This document shows, one piece after another, positions 45,148-53,623 of a stretch of 64,000 bases of DNA. Location of the stretch: assembly GCA_016186955.1 (NCBI GenBank), contig JACPKP010000009.1, forward strand, positions 225,595 to 289,594, given 5' to 3'. The position numbers and the translations under genes were made by a program. The notes under the pieces were generated by a model. The model had not been told where the DNA came from and ran no database searches. It saw nothing but the letters and a program-made list of their open reading frames with translations. This stretch comes from Candidatus Daviesbacteria bacterium. GTDB taxonomy: Bacteria > Patescibacteriota > Microgenomatia > Daviesbacterales > UBA10151. Each line of letters opens with the position of its first letter. Within the stretch, counting starts at the first letter, position 1.

Positions 45148-45944
45148 AATATTGACCTGAGTGTTCCACCATCAATACCGATACAGGCGCCGGTAATGAA
45201 TTTTGCATCATCAGAGGCCAAAAATGCAACAGCATTGGCAACATCTTCTTCCTGCCCAAGTGTATTTAAAGGAACCTTTGATTTTTCTTCTTTCTCCATA
45301 ATGCCCGCAGCCTCTTTTATTGCAACTTTTAACTCAGCAGCCCGTTTTTGAACTCTCTCTCTCCAATCCTGGCCGGTAAGCGAACTGGGACAAACAGAGT
45401 TTACTAAAATTCCATCAACTGCGAAAAGATTGGATAAGTGTTTGCTTAAGTTAAGAGAGGCGGCTTTTGAGGCAGAATAATGAGGGTTAAATTTTCCCGG
45501 TTGACGGGCAGGGACAGTTGAAATGTTGATTATTCTGGGGGATTTTGATTTCTGAAGATAGGGAAGCGCTGCTTTGGTGAAATAAACCATTGACATAAAG
45601 TTTAATTCAAAGGAATCGAAGTAGTTTTTGGGTGATAAATCCAAGAAACTTCCGAACTTTTCAACCCCCCCCAAATTATTAACCAAAATATCAAGTTGCC
45701 CAACCTCTTTACCTAAAGCTTTAAAAAGTTTCTTTACTGTCGGAAGTTTTTTCCCGTCAACCTGATAAAAATAAACCTTAACGCCTCTTTTTTGGATTTC
45801 ATCTGCCGTCTTTTTCAGCCTGTTTAAGTTTCTTGCACAAAGAACCACATCTGCGCCTTTTTGTGCAAGCATCAAAGCAATAGTTTTTCCTAAACCGGTG
45901 CTACTGCCTGTTACTAATGCAACTCTTCCTTTAAGGTTATCCAT
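45144..45944 (-). CDS. Classical short-chain dehydrogenase/reductase (FabG-like SDR)
   Basis: RVALVTGSSTGLGKTIALMLAQKGADVVLCARN (TGxxxGxG), NNLG, and the S...YxxxK triad region (YSASKAA). Confidence 0.7.
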   Translation of the reverse strand: MDNLKGRVALVTGSSTGLGKTIALMLAQKGADVVLCARNLNRLKKTADEIQKRGVKVYFYQVDGKKLPTVKKLFKALGKEVGQLDILVNNLGGVEKFGSFLDLSPKNYFDSFELNFMSMVYFTKAALPYLQKSKSPRIINISTVPARQPGKFNPHYSASKAASLNLSKHLSNLFAVDGILVNSVCPSSLTGQDWRERVQKRAAELKVAIKEAAGIMEKEEKSKVPLNTLGQEEDVANAVAFLASDDAKFITGACIGIDGGTLRSIF

Positions 45945-46876
45945 TAAATGTTTGAGAATTGGTTTCTTTTAATGATTTTATATCCTTTAATAAGTTCAGC
46001 AATGCCTTCTCCTAGGGATATTTTAGCCCTGAAACCTGTTTTTTCAATCTTTTCATTGGATACAATGTAATTTCTTTTATCAGGATCTCTCCCTATTTTA
46101 GCTTCAATAAAATAAAAATCAGGCATTTGTCTTTTAACCTCCTCACAAAGCTCCAATTTGGAGATATTTGCATCAGACATGCCTAAGTTGTAAGGCTCAT
46201 TTTTCATTTTTTCAAAATTGTTTATGCAATGGATAAAACCTTTGGCAATATCCCGGATATGGATAAAATTCCTTTTAAAGTTTGCTTCAAATAAAACAAT
46301 AAATCGGTCGTTTACAGCCCTATACACAAAATCATTTACCAGCAAATCCAATCTCATCCTGGGGCTAATCCCAAAAACTGTTGCCAGGCGGAGAACTATG
46401 GCATTGCCTTTATTTAAGATTGCTTTTTCTGCCGATACCTTGGTTTTTCCGTAAATTGATATAGGTTTAAGGGGTGAGTTTTCTGTGCAATACATCTCTT
46501 TTTTACCGACACCGTAACCGCTGTTGGTATTAGGGTAAATAATTTTCTGCGCTTTTTTTCTTAATTTTAAAATTAATTTTATCGCGTCCAGGTTAATGGA
46601 TTTTGCCTCCGCTGGAAATTTATCGCAGATTGGTGCACCAACTAAAGCTGCGAGGGGAATGATAATATCTTGGTTTTTAATCATTTTATGCATCAGTTTC
46701 TCATTTCTAACATCTCCACGGATAATAGTTAGGTTGGGGTTATTACAACAGTCCAAAAGTGAAGATTGGTTGTACATAAAGTTATCAACAACTGTAACTT
46801 CATGCCCATCATTTAATAGGGTAGGGGTGAGTATTGAACCTATATATCCGGCTCCGCCGGTAACCAATATTTTCAT
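45944..46876 (-). CDS. NAD-dependent nucleotide-sugar epimerase/reductase (extended SDR)
   Basis: MKILVTGGAGYIGSILTPTLL and YGKTKVSAEK (YxxxK). Confidence 0.65.
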   Translation of the reverse strand: MKILVTGGAGYIGSILTPTLLNDGHEVTVVDNFMYNQSSLLDCCNNPNLTIIRGDVRNEKLMHKMIKNQDIIIPLAALVGAPICDKFPAEAKSINLDAIKLILKLRKKAQKIIYPNTNSGYGVGKKEMYCTENSPLKPISIYGKTKVSAEKAILNKGNAIVLRLATVFGISPRMRLDLLVNDFVYRAVNDRFIVLFEANFKRNFIHIRDIAKGFIHCINNFEKMKNEPYNLGMSDANISKLELCEEVKRQMPDFYFIEAKIGRDPDKRNYIVSNEKIEKTGFRAKISLGEGIAELIKGYKIIKRNQFSNI

Positions 46877-46932
46877 AGATTATTCGATCAACTGGATTTT
46901 AATATCAAAGGGTTGGGAAAAGCAATAACATG

Positions 46933-47718
46933 CTAAATTCCTAAAAATTGAACCAAGTTGTTATGCAAAATTGGGTTAGAAGCCAGTATTGACTCATCAC
47001 TGATTGTCCATTGTTCATTTCTTAAGTTTGTCACAATTCCCCCTGCTTCCCTGATAATTACCACCGCTGCAGCCATATCCCAAGGTTCCAGGCTGGTTGC
47101 CATATATGCATGCATCTTACCCTCTGCTGTAAGAGCAAGTGGAACAGAGGCACAACCTGAAGAGAAGTTGCAGGTGATGCCATCAGGGCTCAGCAACCTT
47201 TCTAGATATTTTATATCCCCGGTTCTATTTAATTTTCCAAAATCGATTCCCATGAGTGTCCTGTTGAGGTCTATGTTTTGTGCTACCTGTATTGGTTCAT
47301 TGTTTTTGCTTGCGCCACCTTTAGCAAAAGCCACATAAAGATCATTTCTTTTAGGTGCATAGATTACACCCAAAACTGGATTTAATCCTTCCGCAAGGGA
47401 TAAACAGACGCTGAAATGGTCGTTGATGCCGGAGGTATATAGAAGGGTACCATCCAGCGGATCTACTACCCAATTAAGCTTTGATCCCATATCCCGGTCA
47501 ATGTTTTCTTCAGAGAGGATATTATGCGAAGGAAACCGTTTGATTATCGCCTCCCTGATTAAGTTGTCACTTAAATCATCAACCTCAGTTTTAAAATTGG
47601 TACGAAGTTTCCATTCCAGTCTGTGCATTTTTTCGAAATTATCCATTAACAACTCTCCTGCCTTAAGGCTTAAGTCAACAGCAAAATCTTTATATAAAAT
47701 TAACTCAGATTCAGTCAT
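46933..47718 (-). CDS. Inositol monophosphatase / CysQ-family phosphatase (candidate 3'-phosphonucleotide phosphatase)
   Basis: The family motifs are SEEN (metal-binding EE), WVVDPLDGT and WDMAAAVVIIREAGG. Confidence 0.65.
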   Translation of the reverse strand: MTESELILYKDFAVDLSLKAGELLMDNFEKMHRLEWKLRTNFKTEVDDLSDNLIREAIIKRFPSHNILSEENIDRDMGSKLNWVVDPLDGTLLYTSGINDHFSVCLSLAEGLNPVLGVIYAPKRNDLYVAFAKGGASKNNEPIQVAQNIDLNRTLMGIDFGKLNRTGDIKYLERLLSPDGITCNFSSGCASVPLALTAEGKMHAYMATSLEPWDMAAAVVIIREAGGIVTNLRNEQWTISDESILASNPILHNNLVQFLGI

Positions 47719-48880
47719 AGGATTTATTTACAACTTGAGTTATATACAAAATGTCTTTTTTTGTTAAGGATTCATTATTCGGCAGGAAGAATCCACAAGA
47801 GTGAACCTTATCAGAAATTGGATGGTTGAATTTGCCATACCCTTCAAACCAAAAAGGATGCAGGCCTAAATTTCCCGCAGAAAAAAGTCTGGTTTCTATA
47901 TTATTTTTAACCAGTTGGGTGACAATTCTTTTTCTGTGTGCAACATTTTTGGCAATTGCGCCAAAAGAGATACTGCAGGGTTTTGATAAATTATTCCATT
48001 TTTGAAAATCAACTGTTTTTAAATTTTGCGCATATACCATATGGTTCTCCATTCTTACTGTCGAAACCTCATCCGCTTTTTTCATCATCTCCAAACCTAA
48101 AAAAGCATTGAGGTCGGTTGAGCGCAAATTAAACCCCGGAACAAAAAATGTAAAAGGCTTATGGAATTCATCTATCCCGTATTTTTGCATAAATGCGGAT
48201 TCTGTTTCACTGTCCAAATCTTTACCCCAACCATGACTTCTAAGCATTAACAACAGGTCGTAGAGCTTTTTACTATTCGTATTGACCATACCTCCTTCGA
48301 TTGTTGAAAGCTGATGCCCGAAATAAAAGGAAAATGATGACATATCAGAAAATGATCCTACCTTTTTGCCGTCATATTCAGCCCCTAATGCAGCGCAAGC
48401 GTCGTCCAAAAGCAGGAAACCGTATTTTTCCTGCAGGCTTTTGATTTGATAAATGTTACTTGGGATACCCAAAACCTGGATCATTACTACCGCAGCCGGG
48501 TCATGTTTTTTCAGTAACTCTTCCAGGTGACCAACATCCAACCCGAAATTATTTTTATCCGCACCGCACATTATCGGTTCAAAACCGAATTGGATAAATG
48601 GGCTGATGGTGGTAACCCAGCCAACGCTCGGGACAATTACTTTTTTGTTTTTCAAATCCCCGCCCAACAGCGCAGTATATGCCATAAGTAAGTTAGCTGA
48701 TGAGCCGGAATTGCAAAAAACCGCATATTTTGTACCAATCCACTGCGCCCATTGTTTTTCAAATTCAACAGTTAACTCTCCTTTAGTATACTGAACAGTT
48801 TCTTTTAGCCAGCCAATTAAATTTGTGATATCCTGGGGGTTAATAATTTTTTCCGCAAGTTTATATTGCATGCTTGACAA
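47711..48880 (-). CDS. DegT-family PLP/PMP-dependent enzyme with His replacing the catalytic Lys (ColD/E1-type NDP-4-keto-6-deoxyhexose 3-dehydratase-like)
   Basis: The DegT N-terminal block is YAVFCNSGSSANLL. The active-site block SFSFYFGHQLSTIEGG has His where aminotransferases have Lys (compare ColD SFYSHHIATMEGG). It is adjacent to a Gmd-like gene. Confidence 0.6.
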   Translation of the reverse strand: MSSMQYKLAEKIINPQDITNLIGWLKETVQYTKGELTVEFEKQWAQWIGTKYAVFCNSGSSANLLMAYTALLGGDLKNKKVIVPSVGWVTTISPFIQFGFEPIMCGADKNNFGLDVGHLEELLKKHDPAAVVMIQVLGIPSNIYQIKSLQEKYGFLLLDDACAALGAEYDGKKVGSFSDMSSFSFYFGHQLSTIEGGMVNTNSKKLYDLLLMLRSHGWGKDLDSETESAFMQKYGIDEFHKPFTFFVPGFNLRSTDLNAFLGLEMMKKADEVSTVRMENHMVYAQNLKTVDFQKWNNLSKPCSISFGAIAKNVAHRKRIVTQLVKNNIETRLFSAGNLGLHPFWFEGYGKFNHPISDKVHSCGFFLPNNESLTKKDILYITQVVNKSYD

Positions 48881-48930
48881 ACCCGTTAAACATTAATATA
48901 TTTGTTTGTGAAATTCAATAACTAAATATA

Positions 48931-49728
48931 TTGAGCATGGTGGAAAAAATTACTGTTAACAATATCGCAAGTGTGGGAATTATTTATAGAGAGTCGGACC
49001 CAAAAAGTATTTTTATAGATATAAAAGATGGCGGGTATCCAATTAAGGCGTTTAGGTGGATGCACTGCCCTATTGGCGGCAACTGGATTGGCAAAAATGC
49101 ACTTGCTGATGCTAATCCCTTAGCAACTTTCCGCCGGGAACTTCATGAGGAACTATCGTTTGAAAAAGAAAGGATTTCCACCGGAGAAATGAAGCAGCTG
49201 GGTATTGACTGCGAACAACAATCCTACACTGTACCCAAAAAAGATGCAATACCAACAGAAAAAGATCACGAAAGCTTAAATTATCTAAAACTTATTTTTA
49301 CAAATGACGCTCAGCCTTTTGGAGACTTTAGGGTAACTGTCCCAAAATCAATATTTGATAAGGGTGTGCCAGATAATAAGCTAGGGGATACTGCGTCTTT
49401 ACTCCCCTACTATCTAGTGTCTGTTAAGGAAAATGACTGGCGGACACTTGAGTATCTGCATGAAAAATTCGGCAATCTTTCAGTAGAGTCCTTAGCTGTT
49501 ATTACCTCACTTGATGAGATAATCAGCACACCAAGATATACCTGTTGCGGACATGATAGGATTATGAAAGAATTTTTTACACAAATGGGTTGTGCCGGCG
49601 CCTGCCAATACCCGCTTCTTGAAGGCATTACCTGTGAGCCTATGGGAATGCCGTTTGACTCATATGATAAATACCTTGAATATTATGAGGTTTTGCGCCA
49701 CCCTTTTAGTAGTTCTCTTCGTGCATGA
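48931..49728 (+). CDS. Hypothetical protein with a degenerate Nudix-like box
   Basis: GKNALADANPLATFRRELHEELSF approximates Gx5Ex7REUxEExGU, with E to D, G to S and a one-residue insertion. Otherwise I cannot recognise it. Confidence 0.3.
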   Translation: MSMVEKITVNNIASVGIIYRESDPKSIFIDIKDGGYPIKAFRWMHCPIGGNWIGKNALADANPLATFRRELHEELSFEKERISTGEMKQLGIDCEQQSYTVPKKDAIPTEKDHESLNYLKLIFTNDAQPFGDFRVTVPKSIFDKGVPDNKLGDTASLLPYYLVSVKENDWRTLEYLHEKFGNLSVESLAVITSLDEIISTPRYTCCGHDRIMKEFFTQMGCAGACQYPLLEGITCEPMGMPFDSYDKYLEYYEVLRHPFSSSLRA

Positions 49729-50675
49729 TCCAGCAAAAACTGGACACTACTTTCAAAACTTATTTTTGGTTTCCAGCCTGTTGCCTTTTTAAATTTTAAG
49801 ATATTTGGAATTTGCAATGTGACATCAGAGGGCCTTAGTAAAGCAGGGTCTACTTTGGAGGGAATTTTACATTTTGCATATTTTTTAAGTAGGGTTAAAA
49901 ACTCCCCAACAGTTATGACAGTATTACCACCTATATTATAAACTTCCCCAAATTGACACCTTTGGGTTGCAACCCAATAAGCCTCCATTGCATCTCTGAC
50001 GTCAATTAAAGTTCGGACTGAGTTCAAGTTACCATGAACAAGCTCTGTTTGTACCCCAGCCTCGATTATTGCTACCTGTTTGGCAAAACTTGTGGCAAAT
50101 AAGTCTTCACGCCGGGGGTTAATATATGCAAACATTCTGGTACGGATGATTTTCATCCCGTAACTTCTGAAATATGTATAACCCAGCAGATCCTGGGCGA
50201 CTTTTGAGACAGCGTAGGGGTTTGACGGGTTAATCGGGCAGTCTTCTTTAATCGGGACATTTTTAGGGTCAACCTGCCCATAAACTTCTGATGTACTGCA
50301 AATTTGCAAAACAGGATCTAACTTAAGATGTCTGATTGCCTCCAGAAGGTTGGCAGTTCCTAAAATGTTGTTTTGCAGTACTGCAAGCGGGGTGAGAAAA
50401 GAGGTCCGGACATTTGCATGGGAGGCGAGATGGAAAATTACGTCAGGTTTAATCTTTTTTAAGGTTGTCAAAATGGATGAAAAATCATTTAAATCGCACT
50501 CATAAAGTTTTACTTTTTTAAAAATATCAGCCAGATTATTTGCAGAGGTTGTACTGTGCCACCTTGATATCCCGAAGACCTTCATGTGCGGGTGGTGATT
50601 TATAATGTATTCTGCTAGATAGCTGCCTCCAGACCCTGTAATGCCGGTAATAAATACTCTCTTGAAGTTACGCAT
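49683..50675 (-). CDS. gmd: GDP-mannose 4,6-dehydratase-like (Gmd family SDR)
   Basis: VFITGITGSGGSYLAEYIINHH matches the Gmd ITGVTGQDGSYLAEFLL block. The YxxxK region is YAVSKVAQDLL. The 3' end overlaps the convergent gene by 46 nt. Confidence 0.65.
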   Translation of the reverse strand: MRNFKRVFITGITGSGGSYLAEYIINHHPHMKVFGISRWHSTTSANNLADIFKKVKLYECDLNDFSSILTTLKKIKPDVIFHLASHANVRTSFLTPLAVLQNNILGTANLLEAIRHLKLDPVLQICSTSEVYGQVDPKNVPIKEDCPINPSNPYAVSKVAQDLLGYTYFRSYGMKIIRTRMFAYINPRREDLFATSFAKQVAIIEAGVQTELVHGNLNSVRTLIDVRDAMEAYWVATQRCQFGEVYNIGGNTVITVGEFLTLLKKYAKCKIPSKVDPALLRPSDVTLQIPNILKFKKATGWKPKISFESSVQFLLDHARRELLKGWRKTS

Positions 50676-50714
50676 AAACTACTATGAGCAATCTATAAAA
50701 CCTCACAAAGATTG

Positions 50715-51938
50715 TCAAGGATGAAGTTTTTTAAACATATAGATTTGGAAAAAAATCATTATAATCTTGGAGACAATCTTTGCAAGCACTACTCCCAATA
50801 ACCCGAGTGTAGGTAGAAGTATTAAAAAAGGTAATATTGTTGCTACGAATTGAACAATGCTGCTAAGGTAAAGACTTTGGGTGGACTTTACATGGATGTT
50901 GGCGAGTCCCAATAAATTAGTAGGATAGTATAATAGCGAGAGGGAGAAAAGTTGCGAAAGGAAAACTGCGCTATTTTTGTAACTGGGGTATAAAATGTCG
51001 AAAATAGAAGGTGCGCTTAGCAAATACAAAATTACGATTGACAGGACTAAAATCTCCAGTTGAAATGCCTTTTTATATAAATTTTTTTTAAGTTGTATCT
51101 TGCTTGAGGCAGCTATTTTAGGTTGACCCAAAGTTAAAAAAATTTTAAAAAAATTATGAATTTGGCTGGGTATCAAAATTGCAAAAGCATAAACAGCATT
51201 AGCAGTAAACCCTAAGTATATAGGAATTAAAAACTTGTCTAAATATTCAGGAATGGTAGTTATTAAGTTACCAAGGCTCAAGTTCAAACCAAATTTAAGA
51301 GCTTTTTTATCAAATCTTTTATTTTTTACTTTTCCGAAAGAATAAAGGGTTAAGATTATATTTATAACTGCCGTTGACCATGCAGAAAAAAGAGCAACCA
51401 GAACCAAAGAGGAAAATTGCCATAAAGCAATGCCTGTTGCAATAATGGAAACATACTGGGCAATAAATGAGTAAAACGCCCAATTTTTAAAATCCCTTTT
51501 TCCGTTTAAAAAAGGTTGGAAAAAATTGAAACAGGCGCTTATTGGGAAAACTAAAGCGCTAACAAATATTGCCAACCCAAGCGCAGGGTTACCCCTTAAG
51601 TAAAAATACAGCGAACCGAATGTCAAAAGCGACATACCCAAAAGAGACCATTTGAATGCTATTTTGATAGCTTCTCTATAAATCCCATCATTGCCTTTTG
51701 CCACTTCCTGCACAATCATTGGCGACAATCCCGGTACAGTTGTAAAACTCATCAATGCGAGTACAGACATTAAAAAAGAAAACTGCCCGTAGACATCAGA
51801 CGGCCACAACCTGGAAAAAAGGGATGAGAGTATTATCCCACCGATTGTGGTTGCAAACAAACTTAAAGTAATCCAAAAACCACCCTTAATGAAATAATTT
51901 AAATCCAGCCCCAAAATATTTGATAATCTGTAAATCAT
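50715..51938 (-). CDS. wzx: Wzx-like oligosaccharide flippase / polysaccharide biosynthesis protein (MOP superfamily)
   Basis: 407 aa with about 12 TM helices and an N-terminus LSNILGLDLNYFIKGGFWITLSLFATTIGGIILSSLFSRLW typical of Wzx/RfbX. Confidence 0.6.
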   Translation of the reverse strand: MIYRLSNILGLDLNYFIKGGFWITLSLFATTIGGIILSSLFSRLWPSDVYGQFSFLMSVLALMSFTTVPGLSPMIVQEVAKGNDGIYREAIKIAFKWSLLGMSLLTFGSLYFYLRGNPALGLAIFVSALVFPISACFNFFQPFLNGKRDFKNWAFYSFIAQYVSIIATGIALWQFSSLVLVALFSAWSTAVINIILTLYSFGKVKNKRFDKKALKFGLNLSLGNLITTIPEYLDKFLIPIYLGFTANAVYAFAILIPSQIHNFFKIFLTLGQPKIAASSKIQLKKNLYKKAFQLEILVLSIVILYLLSAPSIFDILYPSYKNSAVFLSQLFSLSLLYYPTNLLGLANIHVKSTQSLYLSSIVQFVATILPFLILLPTLGLLGVVLAKIVSKIIMIFFQIYMFKKLHP

Positions 51939-51956
51939 GGTATAATTTTAGCCTAA

Positions 51957-52853
51957 ATGAAGCCCAAATGTTTAGTTTGTAGATCCTTAGCGTTTTTTTT
52001 ACTCAGTAAAGGGGATTATAACCTGTATAAATGCCCTAGTTGCCAATTAGTTTTTGTTTGGCCGCCAAAAAAAGAAAATTTTTTAATTAAGAAAGTTTAC
52101 AATGAGTCCGGTTATCAAGCCAGTAAACATATTAAATTTAATTCCTTACCACAAAATAATTCTTACAAGAAAGTCTTTGAGTTCTTGACAATTAAAAAAG
52201 GTCTTAAAATTCTAGATGTTGGTTGTTCAAGCGGAGAATTTCTATATATGGCAAAAAAAATAGGTTTAGAAGGCTATGGAGTTGAGGTCAATAAAATAAC
52301 TGCTATGGCAGCAAAAAAAAATGGGTTAAAAGTAAAAAATTGCACATTGGAACAGGCAAAGTTTAAAACAGGTTTTTTTGGCTACATTTTTTTAGGGGAT
52401 GTAATTGAGCATTTAGTAAATCCTGCGTCAATGATAAGAGAATGCAAAAGAATTTTAAAAAGAAATGGTAAGCTTGTCATTATTACTCCAAACCTGGATT
52501 GTTTTTGGGCAAACTTAACTTATTTTTTATATAAAACCTTTCATATTCCGTGGTCTTCAGTAACACCGCCTTACCACCTTTTTCAATTTTCAACCAGCAA
52601 CCTCCATCAATTTATGGCCAAGTTTAATTTTAAACCTGAAAAGATTTGGTATAATCCACCGCCAAAATTATCGTACGAGCTGTGGTTTACAGGACTACCT
52701 CAAGATTATAATAAAAATATCAATAATTTTTTAAGATATTATACAGTTTATATGGTTTATGGTTTTTTTTATATTTTAAATAAGTCTTTAAAATATATAT
52801 TAACTAAGGATAATTCAATTTGTGTTATATATAGTAATTGCAAACGTCTATGA
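51957..52853 (+). CDS. Class I SAM-dependent methyltransferase with an N-terminal CxxC...CxxC zinc ribbon
   Basis: CLVCRS...YKCPSCQ Zn ribbon, then motif I ILDVGCSSGEFL. Paralogous to the 56039 gene. Confidence 0.65.
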   Translation: MKPKCLVCRSLAFFLLSKGDYNLYKCPSCQLVFVWPPKKENFLIKKVYNESGYQASKHIKFNSLPQNNSYKKVFEFLTIKKGLKILDVGCSSGEFLYMAKKIGLEGYGVEVNKITAMAAKKNGLKVKNCTLEQAKFKTGFFGYIFLGDVIEHLVNPASMIRECKRILKRNGKLVIITPNLDCFWANLTYFLYKTFHIPWSSVTPPYHLFQFSTSNLHQFMAKFNFKPEKIWYNPPPKLSYELWFTGLPQDYNKNINNFLRYYTVYMVYGFFYILNKSLKYILTKDNSICVIYSNCKRL

Positions 52854-53623
52854 TCAAATCTAGTGTTTTTGTGATAGGAATAGGTGAAGTTGGCGCTGCA
52901 ATAGCGGAGATTTTCTCAAAAAATTTCCGCGTATTTAAAAAGGATATTAATTTTGATGAAATAGGCGGACAAACAATAGACTATCTGCATATTTGTATTC
53001 CTTACAACAAAAAATTTGTTACAACCGCCGTAACTCAGATAAAAAAAAATAAACCTAAGCTTACTGTTATTCATTCGACAGTTGCTGTGGGTACGACCAG
53101 AAAAATCTTTAAAAAGACAAATTTGCCAATAGTACACTCACCAGTACGTGGGACACACCCTAATTTAGAAAAGGATATTAAAAAATTCGTTAAATATGCC
53201 GGTCCTATTAATGAAAAATCTGCAAAATTGGCAGAAGACCATCTTGGGGAAGCAGGGTTGAAAGTAGAATTAATGGAAAAGCCCGAAGAAACTGAATTAG
53301 GAAAACTTTTAGATACAACATATTATGGTTGGAATATATTATTTACAAAATTAGTAGGGAAACTTTGTGAGAATTTGAATTTAGATTTTGATAATGTTTA
53401 TACAAAATTTAACAAAACATATAATGAGGGTTACCGGAAAAGTAAGCCGGAAGTACTCAGGCCAATACTAAAATACATTCATAGTGATGATAAACAAGGA
53501 GGGATTGGTGGACATTGTGTGATGGAAAATACAAAGCTTTTACATGAGCAATATCACCTTGACTTTACAAAATTTTTAATTGAGAAGAACGAAAAACTTA
53601 AAAAAACTAAAAAGGATGAGTAG
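52838..53623 (+). CDS. Truncated UDP-glucose/GDP-mannose dehydrogenase-family protein (NAD-binding and central catalytic domains only, no C-terminal NDP-sugar-binding domain)
   Basis: VFVIGIGEVGAAIAEIF Rossmann, LTVIHSTVAVGTTRKI (compare UGDH VEKSTVPVGT), and the central helix plus catalytic Cys block ETELGKLLDTTYYGWNILF...GGIGGHCVMEN (compare GFGGSCFQKD). The ORF ends at 261 aa and is overlapped by the next gene by 44 nt. Confidence 0.45.
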   Translation: MQTSMIKSSVFVIGIGEVGAAIAEIFSKNFRVFKKDINFDEIGGQTIDYLHICIPYNKKFVTTAVTQIKKNKPKLTVIHSTVAVGTTRKIFKKTNLPIVHSPVRGTHPNLEKDIKKFVKYAGPINEKSAKLAEDHLGEAGLKVELMEKPEETELGKLLDTTYYGWNILFTKLVGKLCENLNLDFDNVYTKFNKTYNEGYRKSKPEVLRPILKYIHSDDKQGGIGGHCVMENTKLLHEQYHLDFTKFLIEKNEKLKKTKKDE

